From Oopsacas minuta (Eukaryota > Animalia > Porifera): 64,000 nucleotides of DNA. Made by a program: the position numbers and the translations under genes. Positions 27,160 to 41,168 of this stretch are shown in pieces (the stretch's first letter is position 1; every line of letters begins with the position of its first letter). The notes beneath the pieces were generated by a model that saw nothing but the letters and a program-made list of their open reading frames with translations, did no database searches and had not been told where the DNA came from. The stretch is taken from assembly GCA_024704765.1 (NCBI GenBank), contig JAKMXF010000315.1, forward strand, positions 62,001-126,000, given 5' to 3'.

Positions 27160-29158
27160 TACAACGCATGTTTACACGTATTCCACATTTTACGATACAA
27201 CTCACTGCATTTACAAAAACAGGGTGATAAAATTGTCTTGTCAGAGGGGATGTTGCAAATGGCGATCGATTATTTGCTTGTCAGCAAAAAGTGAAGAATA
27301 GGTAAATGGAGAAAATTTTGAATTACTTAGCAAAGATTCCTAAAGGTTCATTCAAAGATTAACTAAAGGAAAACATTGTTCAGAAAGTTGTATAGTAAGT
27401 GAAAATATTTCAATGATTCCTGGTGAAAACTGCTTCTTCAGGGCTCTAGATCAGTGAATAACAGGAGATGAAACATGTATCGACAAATTATAAGCAAAGT
27501 GATCACATTTATGAGTACTGCTCGTTATGTAAAAATATGTAATGAAGAAATACAATCAAGATATAGATGAATACAGTTCTGAGAGGAAAATATCAATGTA
27601 AAGAGTAGGGGGTAGCGAAGTAGAAGTATTTTGTGCAGCTATCTGGTTAGAAGTTGATATTTATGTCCTTTTAGATCAAAACATGGCAGAACTTTACTTT
27701 AATGGGACTCAATCCCAAAAGGGGAAGAAACGTTTCAAGCCCGAACAGGATTTATCTCGAGAATCGTTGTGATCATTATGAACCTGTAGTCTCGGTTATT
27801 TATTAGGTGATTCGTTCGATCACATGAACCTGGAGTTTTAGCTAATTCTTCATAACATTATAGCTAATTATTAGTATTTTTCACAGTTCAGATGCATTAA
27901 TAACTTATTAAATCAAGTCTTTGCAGTGTTGTACAGTATCTAAATACATTAGTAGACTACTAGTGTGCTTCGTTTGCTGGAGCTACGTGAGTGGGTGAAC
28001 GCTTCGTGTTCGCGCTTGGACCTTCGACCCTCGGATGGGAAACAGAACCATTGATTTTCATATTATGTGCATCAACAAATATTCATCAGATGTTATTTAC
28101 AATCTCGTATCCAAATTAACTTCCCGATTACCATATTATTGCCTTTAGATCAATGTTTTGAAGGATATCTTGAAAGTTGTTACCTTAATTGTGTTAAGAC
28201 AACAAAGATTTACTCTGTAGTGTTATGCAACGTCTGAAAGGCCTATATATTGCTCTATCCAAGGGGTAATAAAATCTGGGGAGGCCCCTAATTTTATACA
28301 GTGTATGGGGTCAAGTGATTGGACCCAATTAGATTATACAATTTCAATTTGGGGGGCCACCCCCCCATATATGGGGGAGCGACCCAAACGAAGCCCTACG
28401 AATTTACACAATTATCCAGTCCAGAGTTCGAGCCCCTGCAGTCCATATTTAAAGGAGCCTATGGTTGAGGTAAACGCCAATTCTGAATAACTGGTGTAGC
28501 GGATGGAAAATTTGAATTGAATGTCATATATAACTGTGTACAATTATAAATATGTTTGTACATGTGTACAAAATTGATTGATTGATTGAACTGGCAGAAA
28601 CCGAGAGCTGATTTAGATACAGGATATTTGGGCCCGTCTTGGAGAAAAATTTACACATATGACTAAATTATGAAGTAGTTATCACCATTTGGGTAATAGA
28701 AATCCCAATATTTGCACTGCTCTATAAATGTTCAGGTTAGATGGGAGAAATTCGAATCAAAGATATTCATAAATATGCCGAATGTTCATGTTTTTGACAA
28801 AATACAAATTCAGATCGTAATATTCCGTTATCATGTCAGAACGAAAATTGAAATTTTTGTAAATTTTGATAGTGAATCAATACTTGAGGCATTATGTTTC
28901 TAGATCAATAACTGGTACATCTGACCAGTGGCACAACAGAAGCCTTTCCAAGTTAATTGGATGAACCAATGATCCCTTCGCGTAGCGACCAGAAGAACTA
29001 TAGAAACTTAGCCGTTCTATACTTATGCTATATCAGGTACAAAAAAGGAGAGTATACAAGAGCCCATATTACAGAGTCTAGAAATAGAAACCTACCAGTA
29101 GCTTTAAAGTTTGATAGAATTTTGAGACATTCCTATGTTGCTATACATCAATTTGAAC

Positions 29159-32100
29159 CAGTGGCGTAGCCAGGGGGGCCAAGGGGGCCATGGACCCCGA
29201 AATATTAATTGGATGAGCATTCAAAAATCAACTTAACTAACTTAAAGCTTCCTTATCATATAAATAAAGCTACTACAAAACAAAGTCAATCTTTCAATTA
29301 CTTTTCGACATTTCATTAATGATATCTTCTGGTTCAAGTTGGATCTCACGTCCATGGACATAAATTAAAGCAAGACCTGTAAGCCTTTCTTCCCCCATCG
29401 AGTTCCTAAGAAAGGTCTTTATACGCTTCAGGGTCGAAAAGCTTCTTTCACTGGTTGCAGATACTATAGGTATTGTCGAAAAAATCTGAAGGATGCGGAA
29501 AATAGCCGGAACTAAGTCACTGTTGTAGTGTACGAAGGGCACTCGAAAAGTTTTGACGTTGACCGACATATCAGATAGTAATAATAAAATTGACTACTAC
29601 ATTTTTTCAAAATACTCTCCTTGACATTCTATACATTTTTCATTCTGGTAAACCAATTATCAAAACATTTTTCCACTCTTCTTTGAATATGCCTCCGATT
29701 GCTTGGAAAGAGTGCCCCCACAAACTCCTCATAGTCGAAAATCTCCTCCCACTTAATTGATCTTTGAGTCTAGGGAACAACCAGAAGTCTCAAGGGGCTA
29801 AATCAGGACTGTAGGGTGGGTGAGGTAACGTTTTGAGTCCAGAATTTTCCAAAAACTCACGAGTTCTGATTGCTGTATGCAATGATGCATTATCATGATG
29901 AAGAAGAATTCCTCTAATGTCTGCCTTCTCCTGCTGTGGCTCAATTGCTATGATGACTTTGGGTAGGCACACTGTGGTGTACCAGTCGGCAGTGACGGTC
30001 TTTCTATCCTTGAGAGCAACAATTTCAACAGACCCAGTAGATCTGAAAATAATCGCCCACATTTGTTTCCCAACAGATCTAGCCCTCCGCACTTTGGTTG
30101 GAGGTGGGGCATCCTCTTCAACTCACTCCTTTGACATTCTCTTTGTTTCTGGATCATAATGGTATATCCATGTCTGATTACTAGTAAGGATCTCAGAAAC
30201 AGCTCTTGAACTTCCATTAGCAAACTTTTTGGGCATAATTTTGCCAATGTCTATGCAGGATATTATTGCTGTAAGTTCAAATAATGGGGATCCATCGGGC
30301 ACACAACTTCCTGACACAAAGCTCTTTGTGCAAAATGATATTAATTGTCCCTAATGATACTCAGTTTCATACTCTAACTGAGCGTACGCAATATGAGGAT
30401 CTTTAGTAATTAGATCTAGCATTTCGTTAACATTTTCTTCATTATATGAAATATTCGGTTTTCCTGAACGAGGGGCATCTTCAAGAACAAAGCTTCCGTC
30501 AATAAATTCCCTATACCATCGTTCAACTGTACTTAGAGAAGGAACTAGATTCGGGAAATGTTCCTGGAAAGATTCATAGATTTCTACTCTTGTCTTCTGT
30601 AGTTGAATAAGTTTATAATCATTGCTCGAAAATCACGTTTTGTAAGATATGATTTAGATTGAGATATTTTAGAAGCCATGTATACTATAATTATCTAATT
30701 TATGAAAGTAGAAGAGATAAATGAATGAAAGTTTCAAAGTAGACTAATAAAATATGTCTGGAAAGATGGATGCGAAAAATATCCGACAGATTAATGGTTT
30801 CATATCAAACTGCAAAACTTTTCGAATGCCCCTCGTACTAATGACAATGAGTCAATAACCATTTTCAGGAATTGGTTCACCCTTTCTTTTCTTCTCAATC
30901 CAAATTTTTTCCCATATTTTTATCGGTGCCTCGATTTCAGAAAACTAAATGGCATTAATGAGTGCATAGACTCTATTACTATTTGCAATTCACCCAAAGG
31001 CATTTTCCCACCTTAACTTGGAAGAAGTTTCGGAAGTGTAGTAACATTTTGCTCGTGATTCAAGAACCTCAAATTCATCTGTTCAATCAGCCACTGGTAA
31101 TATCAAATAAAAACATGCTTTCGATCAAATAACTCCTCTTTTCCAACGAATTCGGGGATATTCCTTGCATGAGCTCTTGGCAGAATCACTGACAACCAAA
31201 AGGTTTCAGAAATTGACTTAGCTTTAGTGTAAACTCTAGTAATCGCATTATTTTGATTCATTGCCTTTTCTACAATGGAAACCACATTTTCAATAAGTGA
31301 ACAAATCACAGTTAAATCCCTTGTTGGTGATTGTAATTGTCTCGAAACCGTGAGAAAAAGAAAGCTGGGATTTTCGATAGCAGTACAGGAGTAGATAAAA
31401 TCAAATGATGTGTAGACATGAACAAGTTGATTAACTTTCGAATCTGTCTCTCTTGGTGTAAGAATTAGTTCTTCCAAACATGCAACAACTCTCTATTAAT
31501 CCCATAAACACAAGCATTGCATGATGTCATTCAACCCATCTTGTTGCACAAATGGTTTTCAGTCGCTGACGCTTAGATTCTGGGGATACAGTTTGGATGG
31601 CTTGGCGTAGTTTCTCTTCTCGCAAAGGATACCCATGAAAGAACAATATAATAGAAGAGTGATTAGAAAATACGTTTCCAAGAACAACATTATTTCTTTT
31701 CCAATTGCTAAATTTAAGCTGTGTGATGAGCAGTGTGTATACTGAACCATTGGATATTTTCGCGAATGCATTCCTGTACTCCTGGATATTTTCCAGACAT
31801 AGAGCTAGCACCATCCTAACTTAGTCCTACCAAATTATTGAATTTGTTATTCTTTTTCCTGTGAGATCTGTTCCAGTAATAAAGCCAAGAAGCATTCCCT
31901 TTAATAACATTGAACGATCATTTCGATAACGTACGGAACTGAAATTGAGAGCTGCTCATGAGCTGAAACATCAGCAAATTTATCCACTAAAATTTCTGGA
32001 CTTTCTGGACTTCTGAAACGATACTTTGAGGGATCAATGTTGTACAAATATTGAGGATCTCGTTCTGGATCGTTGGGCTCAAATATTCAGAATTTGATGC

Positions 32101-33290
32101 ACTCGAGTCGAGGTGGTGTTTCAATACAATGTTTCCTGCCCTTGGGCGTAATCTTAGTGCAGCACAAAAGCTACCATCGTTTTCTTTCGGAACTTCGATA
32201 TCTAATTGCCTTGATTTACCCCTGTGTCCGCGATATGATAACTCCCGTTTACCCAAAAAGACGATGGTCTCAATCATAGGCATTAATCGCTGGCGGTTTA
32301 ATCGTTTTTTGTTCGATTCTTTGTTGGTTAAGCTGGTATTGAATATCCGATCCTGGGGTTTCTGCCATCCGTTTGAAAGTTTCACAATCGACACAACAGT
32401 CTCTATGACAGGTTAACTCACTGTGTTTAATGAAATTTCAATGGCACATGGGTAGTTGGCGAATGCGGTAGTTACTAAGGAACCAACCTTTTGTGAACCT
32501 CCCTTACCTACTCGTTTATCGTTTCGTTCGAGGAATAAAACGCAATTTTTACAAAATGCACCGGAGAAAATTTCAGAATACGCAAGCAATTTGTAGCTAC
32601 TCAGCCATTTGATATTAAAGCACCTATTACTCCCTCCTTGGGTAATTGGGGGAAATTTGTAATTCTCTGAGGGTATCCAACAGTTAATAGAATTTCCAAA
32701 AGAAATTCTTTTTCAATTGGGATATTTCCAGTAACATAGAGACCTATGTCAAATTTAGAATTCGCTGTTGTTGAATCTGTTAGAACAGAATCGAAGGTGA
32801 CTTGTTCCGATTTTTCAGATTCAGAAAGATTGTCTACTTCAATCAAGATAGATAATGTCTCATTATCAGATTCGTTTACTGGTGACAAACTATTCTCAAT
32901 CCTTGCTACTTTAGGGAGAAAAAAGTCAATAATTTTTCCTAGACGTTTGGTCATTCAGTAGAATAGAAGATAAATGAAAATATTGATATACTTTAGTGAA
33001 TAAGAGACATTTGGAATTATAATAAATATATAGTATCTGAGAAATGAGATGATGTCCGTTTACGTAAATCAAGTGATGCATCTATACTGTTTAATTGTCA
33101 TTATAATAGGTCCTTTTGAGAATGTAAGCATTTGTTTAAGAAAACACTAATCAATAATCATTGACTATGATTCAATGATTGATCATCATATTTATAAAGA
33201 CACATACTAACCATAAACTTTCTTACAATATGATACAAAATTAGGACTCTCCGCCCCATCCCCAGGATGAAAGAGCTGGATACGCCACAG
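29159..33290 (-). mobile_element. hAT transposon (ZMYM1/P52rIPK-like transposase) with nested mariner
   Basis: TIR CAGTGGCGTAGCCAG (13/15 match), perfect 8-bp TSD atttgaac. Fragments YRGH, SPTIQNEIL, ATRWVE and SATSERSFSTLKRIK. Confidence 0.93.
29533..30835 (-). mobile_element. mariner element, second copy of 9746-11049, inserted in hAT
   Basis: TA TSD. Removing it restores the host frame VIDSLSLV|HYNSDLVPAIFR. Confidence 0.95.
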
Positions 33291-34289
33291 ATTTGAACAG
33301 ATTCTGTCATATCACAAAAGATCTACTATGTACATGATAGGACTTTTCATTTGATACAAGTTATAGGGTCATATAAGCCACCAATTGGTAAATAGTTCAA
33401 AACGTTCGAGCTGGCATTACAACTATTATTCATGAATAGCAAAGTTGTAAAAAAATGTATAACGTGTAATATTATATACTTGTCTAGGATTTCGTAGCGC
33501 TTACACATTTATGTAGAGTACTATAATCAAAGCTTGTCAGTTATGGTTCCAATCTGCTTAAATATACTTGGATAGCAACAGAAGAATAGGTCATATTTCG
33601 GATCAAACTTAAATACATTTTAGGAAACGTACTTGTGACTTTAAATATGTACTATAATAGAGAATTAAATCATATTAAAACATGGGAAAATGCTTCAAAT
33701 AATACACAAAGTCCTCCTGAAAATGGGCTATTACTAATTTCAATGATTACACATACTTCTCAAATTGTTAAATCAATATGTATACTTGGATACATGGACG
33801 CCAAGTTGGGTACCTGGGGAGTGCGGTCGCAAACTCAGTTAAATTTTGTACTAGAAAAGTGGTATCTATTCTTGGATACAACAATTCTTAGATAGCGTGT
33901 ATGTGTGTGAGTATGCTGGTAATACTTATAAGGTGAAAACATACACAATTAGGGTGCTGGCACCTCAAGAATTTCATACCATCCTCAATATAAAATTAAT
34001 TTGGCAGAGGGTATACAAAAGGATTTGAGTCAATTGTTAATAGATGTGACTAAGTCTTCAATTAGCTACGTTTTTCAAAGGATGTCCTTACATTAGAAAA
34101 AAAGACAAAATTTAAGTGAAAAAAAGTGAAATATTCTGAATTAAGCCTATAAAACTTTCGTGAGATAGAGTTTTCCCACATAAAGATGGCGTGCGAAATA
34201 TGCTACATCTCACAACTCGCAAACGCATATATGTATCATAAAAATTTCAAGAATCTCCTGTGGAGAACAAATATATGTTAAAAACTCAC

Positions 34290-35653
34290 TCTGTCAAAAG
34301 GTTTTCTTGAATAAGTTTTCTGAAAATCTTCGATATATCTAAACGAATACCTTGTTCTCTACTATATGTTAGCGTGAGTAGAAACAGAGTAGCTTTATTC
34401 AAAGAATCTTTACATTCCCGGGATGCTAATGTGGTAGGAGCAGAATTATGATCCAAAATTGCAAAAAACCAACTCACCAGTAATTGATTAATTTCACCAT
34501 TATGAGAATAATTCTTAAGTACGTGTTGAAAAACACCCATGATATCACATAAAGAAGAATATGGTTTGGGGAACGGGGAAATATTCTCGGAACTATTCCC
34601 CGGAATAGAGTTTAATTTTTCATTGAAGTTGAGAGGTGGTGAAGTGGGAACAAAGTGTTCAAACAGTTGAGAAATAGTAAAGAGAGTGTGAAAAGCAGAA
34701 TAATGAAGAGAAGGAAAATTATATGCGAATGAAAAAGTAACATTATTCAGAATTTCAAAGAGGCAAAGATAAATTCGCTGGAATCTGTGAACAAAAACGA
34801 GTTCAGATTGAGTTGCAAAAATAGACAATACATAACAACAAAAACAAGCAGAATTGACTTTTTCTTTAAGTATATATTCATCACTAGACAAGGAAGAATT
34901 AATACAAGATTTTTTGCCCGAATCATAGGAATCAGAGTCTGATATTTCACATGACCCATAATAGGTGGTCAATTCATTTGATTCATGGGTATTAAATGAG
35001 AACAAATGTTTTGGAGAAGGTGATGAGATAGAATTCTTATAAGAAAAACCAGATACAAAAGACATATTTTCCTGTAATTCCTCCAAAAGTGAGAGCATTG
35101 ATGTTTGAATGAGGGAATTGGAATTTCCCTTAAATATTGTTAGGTAAAACTCGATTAGCGGTTCAGTTATACTTGATTTCGATCTTGATCTAATAGAACG
35201 AAGAAGAGAATCTTTTGAGATGAATTCACAGAGTTTACATATTAATTCAGAAGAAAACTGAGATGCCAATCCAAAAATTACACATAAAAGTTTGAAAGCT
35301 GAAATTATAGCCTCCTCACAACTGTCGATGAAAGAAAACTGAAGCAAGATGAAGGTTGTCAATCTCTCAATTATGACATGCGATAAACAAGTAGCTGATA
35401 AGAAAATACAAGCATAAGTTGAATTTAGAGTAGGCAAAACCGTAAGAAAAGATAAAAAATGGAAAGAGACTGTCAAGAGACGGAGTAATATGCAAGAGAT
35501 AGCTTTGGTTGAACGGAGGGGGTCAATATCCTCATTAGTCGAGATACAAGAATAAATGGTGGAAAAGGCAAATAATCTTGCTATAATTCGTGTCTCTAAT
35601 ATGTCAGTTGACTGTTGTGTATCGATACATTTAACCAGCTCCAAGTGATAAAC
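34290..35653 (-). CDS. SMG1: SMG1 exon, HEAT-repeat region
   Basis: 452-aa ORF containing FPSLHYSAFHTLF (cf. SMG1 FPAIQYAVLYTLY). Acceptor tttctAG is in phase 0 with the upstream exon; donor GTGAGT is phase 2. Confidence 0.88.
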
Positions 35654-36239
35654 CTAGAAAGCAAGGAATGTGATTAACTGATAGTAAACACAGTTCAAAA
35701 AAGGAAGTATGCAAATGGCATCCAATAAACTGAGGCCATGTACAGATTGATGGATTAGAGCAAGGTATATGTTAAGTCAGTCCAAGTGAATACTAATATA
35801 TAGTTGGTAAAATACGTGTCGAAATAGTACTACACTTTCCCAGAATAAATGTATTATTGATTTGGAATGTACTCACTTCTAAAGACAATTCCCTTGGAAA
35901 ATGGTGTCAACCATTGCTTACAAGTCTATAAAAGGGAATAAAACTTTAAGGTTACAAAATATTCACAATAGAATTGTCAAAATTATCCAGAGTATCCAAT
36001 CACAGAGAGAGAATTCAATTAATGATAATATAATACAACGTTTCATCTTTCGGTCAAAGACAATAGCAATATAATCACTAGATAGTGTAGCCTTGTTACT
36101 TGCGTTATGTGGTCTAATCTTTGCTTTAATATATAGAATCATATACACCCTATCATAACGTACCACTTTTTAAGCGCACCCAGAACCCTTCAATAACCAT
36201 CCTGAAGAGAAAGAAATTCGTTGGGCGGTTAACGGTATA

Positions 36240-37200
36240 GAATAAAAATCACTCATGGTTTCTATTCCGCGAATTGATTCTGAGGAATGTCTTGTTCCAA
36301 GAGATTATGACGATGGGGTCCTGTCAGATACTGAAGAATCTCTAATAACAAAAGACAAATGTACTTCATCTGCATATTGTTTTGGAACTCTTTTCAAATC
36401 AAAGTATTTAGAAATCACCGAAATAATTTGATCATTGAAATCTCTAAATGACTTATTCGAGTTCATTCCTAATGGACTAAATAATAATGTTTAGTATACA
36501 CTGGATGAGAAGAAAAGTATAGAGAGAGTAATTAATGGGAAAGCTTCTGAATATTACGATGAGTGTGGTGCATGGGATCGTAATGGTGAGGTACACAAAC
36601 TTCCTATACCGAGTGAACGGAAAATAAGTTTCGTTAATACCGTTCAATAAGGCCAAAGTACTAGACTATACTTATAAAGGTCAAGAATTAGAACCTCAAA
36701 CAGATCCAAACGAAATATTGATTTTTCAACGATACTATCTTAAGTAGAGAGCTTACAATGACTACGAAAGAAGAATAACACGAATTCTAGCTGCACCACA
36801 AGGCTTGATCTCTAATACACAATATGCTGTTGTAGAATGTAAAGGAGAGTTCCTGGATATAGATCACATTGACTCACAACAAAAACAATTCGATATATTA
36901 ACGAAAGCCCTCTCCGCTATCATGGATAATATCGGAAAATTAGGTAAATAACACTCTAAGAAAAGTCTACACCACATAGGTTACCAGCAATAATGGCAAT
37001 TCCATCAACAAACTGAAACAAATTCGGGAAAGAAATTATAGTAATAATGAAAGGAATCAGGACCTAAAAATGTATCAAATTAAGGCGACAAATTTCAATA
37101 TATTAACCAACTAGCGATTAATGAACCAATGATAAAAGTAGTGAATTTGGAACCAAATTATGGCGTAATACCATCAAAAACTATCACCTATTAGATATCG
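36240..37200 (+). pseudogene. degenerate coding relic of an unassigned, probably TE-derived family
   Basis: Fragments YYDECGAW, EPQTDPNEILIFQRYY, DYERRIT and AVVECKGEF, broken by stops. Confidence 0.4.
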
Positions 37201-37959
37201 AGAGATTTTATTGTTACAGGATGACACCTTTAGGATTTGATAAAGCGTACAACTTGGGTAACATTTTCTGGAATGTGAGTGCGCATAAGAATCTTGTAGT
37301 ACAAATAGTAAAACAGAAGTACCAATATTGCAAGGGGCAATTTATTTACAAGCAAAATCAACATTCTACGATTTCCACCCATTTTCCTCATGTCTGGCTT
37401 CAAAGCTGAGAGATATAAATAGCAATAAATTAATTATATCTAGTGATAGTGAGTGAGCATTGGTAAAAGCAATAGAATATAATTTTAGCACGCCCCAATG
37501 AAAGAAAAAACGCAAAATATAGGTGGCTCAGCTGCTAATCATCTAGCAAGCATACTTGCTAAAATATGTCAATTTTGATGCCTTGTAGAACATATCACAT
37601 TGTACTTTTCATATCTAAGAGAAGAGGTGAAATGATCTATATAGTTTCATATAGAATATTAAAAAATGTAATCCAAAGGTGGATACCTCTTGAGTTACAA
37701 TGCAGACCAGGGAAAAATATTTTTATGAATATACAATTATGAATCGAGAATGGAGAAAGACATTGTGAAATCAGTATGACGACTATACACTCTATACATG
37801 ACTTCTATGCCCTGATAATACCTTTGAAATAATATATCTAAAGTTTAGGGTGCCCAATCTCAAAATCGCGATATATTAGTATATTCACGAGTGTGAAGTT
37901 AGCTGAATATTCGAACAGCAGTACTTCAACCATGGATTTGATACAAAGAAGATGTTTGC

Positions 37960-38920
37960 AGCAATTTCAATAAAACACGTGTGCACTTCAAATGTTTATT
38001 TTAACGAGTTCCGTATAGCCAGAGATAAAAACTTGTTATTATTCGAAAGTATAGCATTGGTGGATTGCGAAAATGTCATCAGAAATCTAATAGGTATGAT
38101 AATATAGCATTGAAGTTTTGAAAAATGTTCCATATGTGTCAACGGTAATGTGTTATTTGGCCGGCTTCTCAAAATTACTTTGAAACATCTTCTTTTACAT
38201 ACTATTGAGGGTTGGTAGATCATGTGTCCAAAATTTCTTTAAAAATATCCATTATTCCTTGAATGATTATACTCAAAAAATTCAACTAAGAAGTTAGACT
38301 CGGGTCACTTCAGTCACTTAATTATATCATTAATACTTAGTAGATTTAAACCAAATTAGTGTCATTGGAAAGAAACTAGTTGAACGTTTTAAGCAATATG
38401 TTTTGATTTTAATAACCTTACCTTTAGTTACGTTTATGGTTAAAATTTTAGTGTCACGACTCCCTTGAATTCACCCACCTAAAAGTCAGAATTCAATTCT
38501 GAAATTATATATGCATACTGGTGTGATATGGACGTTTATTAAAACTAAATTTCATTGAAAATGTTAATAACTACCGGAGCGAGAGGAATTCAAATTTTAT
38601 GGCTGGAGTAAGGGTAGTAGGGGATGAATCATATTCTACATACACTAGGGTCAGTTCAAACTCATGTTTCTTACCTAAATCTGACTGAATTTCAATTATT
38701 TTTATGTTAATCGATAGTTGAGATATAGACGTTTATAACAATGTTGATATTTTCCTGAAAAACCAATCACCAGCAACAGCCTACAAAGATCGATAAATTC
38801 TCAGGATTTTTGTGAATTACGAATTCTAACACAGAGATCAATTCATGAAGATTTCTCTTCAGAACCCCTTTAAAATTTATAGATATCTTCTTTCGTATCA
38901 TAAATTCAATTTTCTTAGAA
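37960..38920. repeat. left arm of long inverted repeat (right arm about 42460-43400)
   Basis: 38285-38900 is the reverse complement of 42480-43095 at about 98%. The outer ~300 bp are similar but much more diverged. Confidence 0.9.
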
Positions 38921-39044
38921 AACACTGAGGATGGCTAGTTCTTTTTCTATGATTTATATATCTATTCTCATTTTTCCTTGGGGTCGCCTCACTAAAATTA
39001 TTGTGTTTTAAGATTATATCTATTGCATAAAGCAAACTTGTAGG

Positions 39045-39358
39045 CAGTGCCGGATTTAGGTATGTGGGGGGCGCCTGTTCGAAGACAATTCCCTGGGCCC
39101 CCTGAAGCTAATTGAAAGCCGTCACGGTGCGCCCACCTGTCCTAATTCCTCAATTTAGAACGCTTGCGATTATTGTAATCATGCGAATATTATATTCCAG
39201 TAATTCTACTTTATTATTCTACTTTAATTACAATAAGATTTATTATGATTAAAGTAGAATTACAGTGTGTATAAATTAATGACATTGAGTCGTGGGGCCC
39301 CCAAAATGTGAGGACCCAGTTCGGCCACAGACGCCGAACACTCCTAAATCCGGTACTG
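39045..39358. mobile_element. hAT-type MITE
   Basis: TIR CAGTGCCGGATTTAGG / CCTAAATCCGGTACTG. Decayed 8-bp TSD cttgtagg / ctcgtacg. Confidence 0.75.
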
Positions 39359-39842
39359 CTCGTACGACTATACAACACTTGCTTAGATCATTAGTACGTA
39401 TAGGAAGTAATATCCTCATACTTGCTATAGTTCCCATTGCAACTTGTTTCAACAATTACTTAACTTTGTAGTTAACCTACCTGCAAAAAGAGTTGCTATG
39501 CATTACTTGTTGTGTAATATCACAGATGATGAATATTAGAGCATACGAATTTATTCAAAGAGATAAATTTAGAGATAGTATTCAGAACTATTTTATCATT
39601 AATCACGAAAGGAATATACAAATATCAGATAAATTCTGCAATGAATGATTCCAATGTAGAAGTATGAAAACATCCTCCTCATATCCCAAACCATTATTCT
39701 AAACCAATTTTAACACTAGCGTTGCTGTCTGTTAAAGGATAAACTGTGAATTGATTGTACATAAAAATTATTCCACTCTACAATGGAAAAATTGGCATAT
39801 CATATGTCAATAGAAAATTAATTAACCCAGGATAGTAGCATA

Positions 39843-41168
39843 CAGAGTGCCTCCAAAGTTCTGCAACAAATTTTTTGCATCAATTTAACATATCAAACCA
39901 TAATTCAACTGCTGTTAAATCCATACTATGAACAAGGTCATATAATTTATTCAGTAACTGTGATAGTTCAATTCTAGTCTATTGTTATGCCTGGTATATC
40001 TGAACTACAACAGAAGAAGTCTGCTATTATTCATATATTCCTAAATGGTAAGAAGCAGAATCAAATTCTAAAAGCCCTTGGATCACCGAAATTTTCACCA
40101 TCGTTGATATCCCGTACGATAAAACGATAAATTGAGGCAGGCGATATCGTAGATAAGCAACGATCAGGCCGGTCAAGAATAATTATGACTCCAAATAACA
40201 CGAAAAAGGGTAGTCTAATATTAACTCTTCAGCTCACGATGTCCCACCGAATAGCCGCCGCAATGGTCGGAATAGATAAGGAATCTGCACGACGAATAAT
40301 CAAGAAAGACTTAGGTATGAAATGTTTCAAACAAAGTAGAGTAGAGCCTCTTAATGGCCAGGTAATTTTAAAAAAAAGAATTCAAAGATGCCGTAGACTG
40401 CTGGATCGACTCAAAATTGTCAACAGTGATTCAATTGTATTTCGGATGAGACTCTACTTGCTTTCGAATCTATTCCCTCCGGCCTTCAGATAATCTTTAT
40501 GTCCGGACGGAAATAATTTGCTGGCCAGAGTGACCTTATCCTGATCTAATTCATACCAAGCTTTCTTTAACGCTCGTTTTAGTGCTGAAATACTGTTGTG
40601 GGATCTATTGTTTACTAGTGTCTCTAGTCTTCCCTATGAATAATTATCACTAGGGTTTAGGGCAGGACTTGAAGGGGGGTGCATTTGTCACGGTTCAAAA
40701 ATCCTGGGATCTTACTTGACAACCAATCTTGAGATATTTTAGCGGTATGAGCAGGCGCAACTTCCTGTTGAAATTACCATGCCTTGTTTTTCATGAAGGT
40801 CAAACCAATTGCTAAGACAAGTTTCTCCAGTATAAGATCTTTGTATACCTGAGCATTAATTCTTGTACCTTTTGGTATAAAGACTAACGAAACTTTCCCT
40901 AAAACTGAAATTCCCGCACAAACCATAATACTTTTGAGGTGTTGTAATTTATGGACACTTCTTAAGTTTTCTGGTTGTCTCACGTGTTAAGGAATAAACA
41001 CGATAATTTTGAGAGCTCAACTTCTCCTCAATGCAGAAGATATCCAAAATATTTTCGTATATGATAGTTAGACATAATAGCATTTTCTTAACAAATATTA
41101 GTCTGGTTATATGGTTTACATGACAAAAATTACTTTAAATTTTGTTGCAGAACTTATGAGGCGCCCTG
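39843..41168 (+). mobile_element. maT-like Tc1/mariner element with internal inversion
   Basis: TA flanks and TIR CAG.G.GCCTC..AAGTTCTGCAACAAA. The 5' transposase half is on + (to IVFSDE); the 3' half is on - (40452-41043). Confidence 0.88.

Noticed and set aside
27960-28060. GC-rich patch as tRNA/snRNA
   Set aside because: No cloverleaf, A/B boxes or recognisable snRNA motif.
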